From assembly GCA_963664705.1 (NCBI GenBank), contig OY761556.1:2464001-2528000 (forward strand): a DNA stretch of 64,000 nucleotides, written 5' to 3'. Below are positions 58,101 through 64,000 of the stretch, in pieces. The DNA is from Acidobacteriota bacterium (GTDB lineage Bacteria > Acidobacteriota > UBA6911). How positions within the stretch are numbered: the stretch's first letter is position 1; each line of letters begins with the position of its first letter. The notes under the pieces are model-generated. The model saw only the letters and a list, made by a program, of their open reading frames with translations. It made no database searches and was not told the DNA's origin. The translations under genes were made by a program, and so were the position numbers.

Positions 58101-59030
58101 CTATCGTGACATTACGGCGAGCAGGATGGCCTTTTGAGCATGCAGGCGGTTTTCCGCCTGTTGGAAGACAACCGAGTGAGTGGAGTCAATCACCGAATCG
58201 GAAACTTCTTCTCCTCGGTGCGCGGGCAGGCAATGCATGAACACATAGTCCGGCTTGGCATGCCGCATCAATGCATCATTAATTTGATAAGGTTGGAAAA
58301 CCTGACGTCTTTTGGCCGCCTCGGACTCGAGGCCCATGCTTGTCCAGACATCCGTGTAGACCACATCTGCCCCGGCGGCCGCTTCCTCAGGATTACGCAG
58401 GATATCAAGCCTGCACCCTGTCGCACCGGCATTATCCGCGGCCCATTTCAGGACCTGAGAATCCGGCGCATATCCCTCAGGCGTGGCTATCGCGAGATGA
58501 ACGCCAAAACGAACGGCGGCATATATCAGCGAGTGGGCGACATTGTTGCCATCGCCGATATAGGCAACCTTCAGCTTGCGCAAATCCCCCTTCAATTCCT
58601 GGATAGTTAAGTAATCAGCCATAGCCTGGCAGGGATGGCTGAAATCCGTAAGCCCGTTAATGACCGGAATGGAGGCATACTGCGCCATCTCTTTCACATT
58701 CTCATGGCTGAATGTACGGATCATGATGCCCTGGACCATGCGCTCCAGATTTTTGGCAACATCACTGACCGTCTCACGCTTCCCAAGATTGATCTCCGCC
58801 TTGGTCAGGCTGATCGAAAAACCGCCAAGCTGATGAATCCCCACGTCAAAGCTGACGCGTGTGCGAAGCGAGGGCTTCTCAAAAATCATCGCCAGAGCCA
58901 TTCCGTCCAGTTTATGACTGAACTTCTGCGGATCATTCTTTACCGCGACAGCAACGGATAGGGCTTCACTCAGCTCTTCACTCGACCAATCGGCAATCGA
59001 AACAAAGTCCTTCGTCTTCATAATCTGCAC
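58101..59030 (-). CDS. argF: Ornithine carbamoyltransferase
   Basis: FEKPSLRT, HPCQ, GDGNNV, TDVWTSMG, HCLP and QAENR. Alternative ATG start at 59021. Confidence 0.94.
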   Translation of the reverse strand: MQIMKTKDFVSIADWSSEELSEALSVAVAVKNDPQKFSHKLDGMALAMIFEKPSLRTRVSFDVGIHQLGGFSISLTKAEINLGKRETVSDVAKNLERMVQGIMIRTFSHENVKEMAQYASIPVINGLTDFSHPCQAMADYLTIQELKGDLRKLKVAYIGDGNNVAHSLIYAAVRFGVHLAIATPEGYAPDSQVLKWAADNAGATGCRLDILRNPEEAAAGADVVYTDVWTSMGLESEAAKRRQVFQPYQINDALMRHAKPDYVFMHCLPAHRGEEVSDSVIDSTHSVVFQQAENRLHAQKAILLAVMSR

Positions 59031-59202
59031 CCATTTAGAGAATCAGATAATGTAACGGAAAGAAGAAGCCGGAAGCAAGGAGCAAGAAGCAAGGAGACAC
59101 TTGGCAATGAAGCCCACTGGGGCGCCGCCATCCCGGCGACAACGGCTTTGATAGAGACCTTGCCGGCGAGATGGTGAATGCCATTTGCTTTTCTCGGCGC
59201 TT

Positions 59203-59293
59203 TTCTTTCGCCCCTTCAGGGCTCCTTGAGCTCTGAACATAACCCCGGGCTCGCAGGCTCGCCCGGGGCTACTATCTTTCGCGCCTTCGGCGC
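59203..59293 (+). repeat. Three-hairpin REP-like element, left copy (interrupted by the IS)
   Basis: GCCCC-TTC-AGGGC, CCCCGGGC...GCCCGGGG and GCGCC-TTC-GGCGC; inverted homologue at 61195-61294. Confidence 0.75.
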
Positions 59294-59384
59294 CTGGACC
59301 TTGGACATTTGCGTATGTTAAGTTGTTATTTGCTATACATACATACGCAGTTGTGGCATTATCTCTGCAACGGAGGTTAATGCC

Positions 59385-59738
59385 ATGAAGAAACTAGATC
59401 CGCTAGAACTACAAGATCCGATCCAACTCGCTGTGCTTAATGCCTTCGAGGTGGCACTCGATGCCCAGCTACGTGCAATTCGAAAGTTAAAGAATCCCGA
59501 TTCCGTGAAAGAGCAGCGTACGGCAGGGAGTATGTCACAGATCGATATGGTATACGACATACTTCAACGGGCAGGCAAGCCGCTACATATTACGGAAATC
59601 CTGGAACGTATTGAGAAGGTCTTTGGTAAACAACTGGATAGAGAGTCCGTGGTCTCATCCTTAGTGAAAAAGGTACGTCGCCACGATCGCTTTCTGCGAA
59701 CGGACAAGAACGTCTTTGCTCTGAAGCAAGGAGAGTGA
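59385..59738 (+). CDS. Small winged-helix (HARE-HTH-like) protein inside the IS
   Basis: GGAGG SD; VYDILQRAGKPLHITEILERIE...SLVKK...FLRTDKNVFAL; GTGA overlap with the transposase frame. Confidence 0.8.
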   Translation: MKKLDPLELQDPIQLAVLNAFEVALDAQLRAIRKLKNPDSVKEQRTAGSMSQIDMVYDILQRAGKPLHITEILERIEKVFGKQLDRESVVSSLVKKVRRHDRFLRTDKNVFALKQGE

Positions 59739-61114
59739 TCATGCTGCTGCCCTTCTACCGTTCCTTGTTGGAGCAGAGTTGGAAGGATGTTTTTAAGCAA
59801 GCACGGACACTGAAGCGAGGAATTGACCACGCTTTGACGTGGCCTTCGGCCTTGGGTCGAAGGACGATCTCGCAGATGATCTGTGTGCAAGGGCGGAATC
59901 AGGAAGACTGGAGCGCAGATTACAAGTTTTACTCGCGTAGTCATTGGGACGAGCAGGCATTGTTTGACAGGATCTCTGAAGAATATCTGAATCGATATCC
60001 GAACAAGCCTGTGGTTCTAGCAGTAGATGACACTCGGATAGTAAAGAGCGGAAAAAAAATCCCAGGGGCCAGCTGGCAAAGAGATCCTTTGTCGCCTCCG
60101 TTTCAAGTAAACATGATTTGGGGGCTTCGGTTTCTGCAAGGATCCTTGCTGTTTCCGCACCATTGCGAGGGTGAATTCTCTGCGCGGGGTTATCCAGTGG
60201 CCTTTAGACACGTACCCGTCGTAAAGAAACCCGGGATCCGTGCCAGTGACCAGCAGCGAGAAGAATACAGGCGATTGAAAAATGCTAATAATCTTTCCAC
60301 ACAATCGTTGGAATGGATTCAAAACTACCGGAACCAGTTAGACAAGATGAAGGCAACAAATCGCACATTGCGAATCGTCGCAGATGCGAGCTTCTGTAAC
60401 CGCTGTTTTTATAAAAACCCTCTCGACCGGACAGAGTTGCTGACACGATGTCGGAAGGACGCCCGCCTGTGTTTCCCTGCACCCGAGGGCAGTGGCCGGC
60501 GATATAGTATCGACATCTTCTCTCCTAAGGATGTCCTCGATTCCCAGCGCGCTGTTTTTAAATGGTGCAAAATCTGGATGGGCCAAAGAAGACGCCGTAT
60601 TCGTTACAAGATAGTGGAAGCCGTTCTTTGGCGACGTGGGGCAGGCACTCGGCAATTGCGATTAATTGTTATTGCACCCATACCATATAAGCTCTCGCCC
60701 AATGCCTCCCGAAATTTTCGTCAGCCAGGTTATTTGCTGTCGACCGACACCTACAGCCCCGTCCGAGACTTGATCCAAAGCTACTTTGATCGTTGGCAAA
60801 TCGAAGTCAATCATAGAGACGAAAAAACTGTGCTTAGCGTCGGACAGGCTCAGGTCTGGTCGATGTCGTCCGTATCGAAACAGCCGGCCTTGACAGTAGC
60901 TTCGTATTCCATGCTTTTGCTGGCAGGGTTGCATTGTTTCGGGCCCGGTCGCGATTTTTGTCGCATCCCTCTTCCGAAATGGCGATCGAACAGTTCACGC
61001 GTTTCTTTGCTCGATTTACTGACCTTGCTACGCACAGAAATCATTGAAACGTCTGTCAAGGAGCCCATTTATGCGAAAATGGCCCAAAATCTAACCATTT
61101 TCGCTAAAACATGA
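59735..61114 (+). CDS. DDE transposase
   Basis: VDDT, VADASF, and YFDRWQIEVNHRDEK matching the Y-2-R-3-E-6-K signature; intact 459-aa frame. Confidence 0.92.
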   Translation: MIMLLPFYRSLLEQSWKDVFKQARTLKRGIDHALTWPSALGRRTISQMICVQGRNQEDWSADYKFYSRSHWDEQALFDRISEEYLNRYPNKPVVLAVDDTRIVKSGKKIPGASWQRDPLSPPFQVNMIWGLRFLQGSLLFPHHCEGEFSARGYPVAFRHVPVVKKPGIRASDQQREEYRRLKNANNLSTQSLEWIQNYRNQLDKMKATNRTLRIVADASFCNRCFYKNPLDRTELLTRCRKDARLCFPAPEGSGRRYSIDIFSPKDVLDSQRAVFKWCKIWMGQRRRRIRYKIVEAVLWRRGAGTRQLRLIVIAPIPYKLSPNASRNFRQPGYLLSTDTYSPVRDLIQSYFDRWQIEVNHRDEKTVLSVGQAQVWSMSSVSKQPALTVASYSMLLLAGLHCFGPGRDFCRIPLPKWRSNSSRVSLLDLLTLLRTEIIETSVKEPIYAKMAQNLTIFAKT

Positions 61115-61194
61115 TTTGTTTTTGTCCAAAGTCCAGGCGCCTTCGGCGCTGGATCTTTGTTCCATCTATATACTAAGCGCCGGAGCCGCGCCTC

Positions 61195-61294
61195 ATCCAG
61201 CCCCGGCAGGGGCGATCAGAAATTAGCCAGGGGTGAGCGCAGCGAACCCCTGGTAGAACAGTGAAAATAATGGAGCCCCAAAGGGGCGAAAGAA
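61195..61294 (-). repeat. Three-hairpin REP-like element, right inverted copy
   Basis: Reverse complement reads TTCTTTCGCCCCTTTGGGGCTCC...CCAGGGGT...ACCCCTGGCTA...TCGCCCCTGCCGGGGCTGGAT, colinear with the left copy. Confidence 0.75.
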
Positions 61295-61405
61295 CGGCAA
61301 TTGCAAAAAAGTAAATGGCATTGGGCGGGGCGGCATAGTTCCCCGCAGTCGCGGATTTTTCTGTCTCTTTGCATTTCATTTCACGGGGCGTAAGATCTGT
61401 TCTCT

Positions 61406-63772
61406 ATGGATGACCGGACTTTTGAAACACTGGAACTGAAAGCACTGATTGAACTGGCGGCACGGCACGTTCACACGCCTCCCGGCCACAGCCGAATGCT
61501 CAGCCTGCGGCCGTTGACCGTAAAAGCCGATATTCTCAGGGATCTGGAGATTACCAGCGAATGTGTTGGCTTCGTGAACACGCGTGGCAGATTCGGGCTA
61601 TCCGGGATTGAAGATCCGGAGCCGATTGTTTCCCAGTTGCATATCGAAGGCACCAGTCTGGAACCGAAACAGATACTGGCGCTGGAGCGAATTCTCATTG
61701 TCAGCCGCGATGCAAGAAACCTGATCAAAGCGGCGGAGGCCGATGGAATTTACCCGCATCTCCTGCAAATGGCATCACAGATCCCGGATCTCCGGCCAAT
61801 TCTGTCAGGGATTCACGGCAAGATCCTGCCCAATGGCGAGCTCGACGACAATGCCAGCCCGGAACTGCGTGATATCCGTCATGACCTGATGGAGCGGCGG
61901 CACCGCATCCATCGCGCACTGGAATCCATTCTACGCGGGCAGGTTCAGGCAGTTCAGGAAGAGATCATCACCTTTCGCAACGGCCGTTTCGTCATCCCGG
62001 TTCGAACCGATTCGCGCAACCAGATCCCCGGTGTTGTCCATGGGCTATCTTCCAGCGGGCAGACGACCTTTGTCGAACCGATGACCATCATCAACCAGAA
62101 CAATGATCTCGTTCGCCTGCGGGAGCAGGAGGAGATCGAAGTCTCCCGGATCCTCATCTCCATCACGGAATCGCTGCGCGGCAGCCTCGAGTCCATCAAA
62201 ACGGCGATCCGTATCCTGACCGATCTGGACGTCGCCCAGGCGAAAGCGGCATTTGCCATGGAATTTCACTGCATCGTGCCGCAGATTTCCGACACCGGGA
62301 AATATCGGCTCCGCAATGCGCGTCACGTTCTGCTGGAGCATTCGCTCCGGACCTCAGGCGGCAAACCGGTCCCGATCTCTCTTGAACTCGATGACGACCA
62401 CCAGGTGCTCATTATCAGCGGCCCGAATGCGGGCGGCAAAACGGTGGTGCTGAAAACGCTCGGACTCCTCTCTCTGATGGCTCAAATGGGATTTCATGTC
62501 CCCGCCGAAGAGGCGCTTCTCCCCATTTTCGAGCAGGTTTTTGCCGACATCGGAGATCAGCAATCCATTGCGGCGAATCTCTCAACCTTTACCGCGCATA
62601 TGCGCAACATCGCCGAAACGGCGCAGCGAGTGCACCCTCCGGCACTGGTGCTGCTGGACGAGGTAGGCACGGGCACCGACCCGGACGAAGGCGCCGCCCT
62701 GGCCATCGCGATCGTTGATTTCTTCCGGCGAGCCGGCGCGACTACCATCGCATCCACACACTATCCCAATCTCAAAATGTGGGCATCGCGCACCGACAGC
62801 GTCCTGAACGCATCCGTCGAATTCGACGAGCGGACTCTGCGCCCGACCTATCGGCTGCTCACGGGTATGGCAGGGGCTTCATCCGGGCTGGAAATCGCAA
62901 GACGCATGAATGTGAACGAAGGAATCTTGATCCAGGCGAAGTCATTGATTGACCCCAGCCACGCCGAGGCTCGCGATTATCTGAAGCGACTGAAGGAAAG
63001 CCTGGACGAGCAGGAGAGGCTGCGGGCATCCCTGGAGGTCGAACGCGCAACCCTTGCGGATAAAAGCTCCAGGCTGGAACAGGAATTCAGCAAGCGGGAG
63101 GAATCGCGTAAAACGGAATTTGACGCTGCGTTTGGACAAATCATCGCTGATTTCAAAGCCGAAAGCGAAAAAGCGGCTCGCAAGATCAAAGACCGGATCG
63201 AAGCAGCCCGCATCAAGCGAGCGACGGACAATCATGCCGCCGAATTGCGCAGAAGATCCGCGCAACTTCGCGCCGGCGCCGGGCAAGCCGATGCGCAAGC
63301 CGAAGTCGCCGAAACCATCGCGGAGATTCATGAGGGAGATCGAGTGCGCGTTCAGTCTCTTGATCGTGAAGGGATCGTGGAATCTATTCGGGACGGTCTC
63401 TACACCGTGCTGGTCGGCCCGTTGCGCTACCGCGCCGACCGCAAGGATCTTGAAAGAAAAAGTGCCGGCGGATCCGCCGCAGCCACCCCGGCGCCGCGAA
63501 TCATCGTAACGGAAGCGGGAGATGAAACGGTGCGGGAACTGAAAGTCATCGGGTTAAGCGCTGACGAGGCGCTGGATCGGGTTGACAAATTCCTGGATCA
63601 GGCTTTCCTGGCGGATATCGACAGTATCCGCATTATTCATGGACACGGTAAGGGGATCTTGAGGAATGCGATCGCTCAAATGCTTACCGCGCACCCGCAG
63701 GTGGAACGGTTCAGTCTGGCGCCGCCCGATAAAGGCGGCGGTGGCGCAACCATTGTGGAGCTGAAAAAGTAA
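61406..63772 (+). CDS. mutS2: Endonuclease MutS2
   Basis: SSSGQT, GPNAGGKT, DIGDQQSI, LSTF, DEVGTGTDP, coiled coil, KOW, and Smr domain IIHGHGKG...GGGGAT. Confidence 0.95.
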   Translation: MDDRTFETLELKALIELAARHVHTPPGHSRMLSLRPLTVKADILRDLEITSECVGFVNTRGRFGLSGIEDPEPIVSQLHIEGTSLEPKQILALERILIVSRDARNLIKAAEADGIYPHLLQMASQIPDLRPILSGIHGKILPNGELDDNASPELRDIRHDLMERRHRIHRALESILRGQVQAVQEEIITFRNGRFVIPVRTDSRNQIPGVVHGLSSSGQTTFVEPMTIINQNNDLVRLREQEEIEVSRILISITESLRGSLESIKTAIRILTDLDVAQAKAAFAMEFHCIVPQISDTGKYRLRNARHVLLEHSLRTSGGKPVPISLELDDDHQVLIISGPNAGGKTVVLKTLGLLSLMAQMGFHVPAEEALLPIFEQVFADIGDQQSIAANLSTFTAHMRNIAETAQRVHPPALVLLDEVGTGTDPDEGAALAIAIVDFFRRAGATTIASTHYPNLKMWASRTDSVLNASVEFDERTLRPTYRLLTGMAGASSGLEIARRMNVNEGILIQAKSLIDPSHAEARDYLKRLKESLDEQERLRASLEVERATLADKSSRLEQEFSKREESRKTEFDAAFGQIIADFKAESEKAARKIKDRIEAARIKRATDNHAAELRRRSAQLRAGAGQADAQAEVAETIAEIHEGDRVRVQSLDREGIVESIRDGLYTVLVGPLRYRADRKDLERKSAGGSAAATPAPRIIVTEAGDETVRELKVIGLSADEALDRVDKFLDQAFLADIDSIRIIHGHGKGILRNAIAQMLTAHPQVERFSLAPPDKGGGGATIVELKK

Positions 63773-63810
63773 TTTCGCTGAAAGCGCCGGCGTGGCTGCT
63801 TTCGCGACGC

Positions 63811-63937
63811 TGGTGCCGCATATTATTTGCAAAAAGGCGCGCCCGACTGGAAACCGTGGAGTGCCGCAGTAAGCTTCCGCCTTTGAAAATCATGAAGGCG
63901 GAAGGGCTTCGCCCTCGACAAATAGTATGCAGCATTA
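63811..63937. mobile_element. Putative 127-bp MITE
   Basis: Imperfect terminal inverted repeats TGGTGCCGCATATTATTTG and CAAATAGTATGCAGCATTA; no target duplication visible. Confidence 0.55.
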
Positions 63938-64000
63938 GCCGGGCCGGCGGCGCTCCCAGTGGTAATCCCCCAACCCCGGAATTCCCGAATTATTCCCGGC

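Larger units (their letters stand above)
59294..61136 (+). mobile_element. 1843-bp two-ORF insertion sequence, IS4 superfamily (IS701-like transposase)
   Basis: TIRs CTGGACCTTGGACA (59294-59307) and TGTCCAAAGTCCAG (61123-61136), 13/14 match. Flanking direct repeat GCGCCTTCGGCGC at 59281-59293 and 61137-61149. Confidence 0.92.

Noticed and set aside
59294-61136. RNA-guided (TnpB/IS110-type) element
   Set aside because: The transposase is a DDE enzyme with a YREK motif, TIRs and a target duplication; the non-coding ends are too short (about 90 and 20 bp) for a guide RNA.

Overview
A 64-kb bacterial chromosomal window. The Acidobacteria-type VWA protein, orphan TonB and BlaI genes, and 2-oxoacid oxidoreductase suggest an anaerobic Acidobacteriota-like organism (inference). 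Housekeeping and metabolic genes include an EF-G paralogue, lgt, rluD, thiI, metY, a metX-metW fusion, zwf-opcA, a por operon, ubiD, qor, argF and mutS2. The most striking locus is a six-gene minus-strand operon (36032-45318) that appears to encode a complete trans-envelope electron conduit. It has a 26-heme and a 28-heme c-type cytochrome built from triheme repeats, a probable outer-membrane beta-barrel, an exported protein, an inner-membrane protein with two H-x13-H heme-b pairs, and a membrane-anchored, ferredoxin-fused, circularly permuted TrxB/FNR-like flavoprotein. A glycosylation locus lies directly upstream. Other unusual items: an 1887-aa REC-REC-PAS-coiled-coil-PAS pseudo-kinase with 276-bp tandem repeats next to a PilZ gene; a POR delta subunit with a GltD-like NADP(H) module inserted into it; and a two-ORF IS4-superfamily element inserted in a hairpin of a REP/BIME-like repeat. 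Dispersed MITE-like ends and heptamer-repeat hairpins also occur. No rRNA, tRNA or CRISPR array was seen. All calls are from reading motifs by eye; no database search was run.
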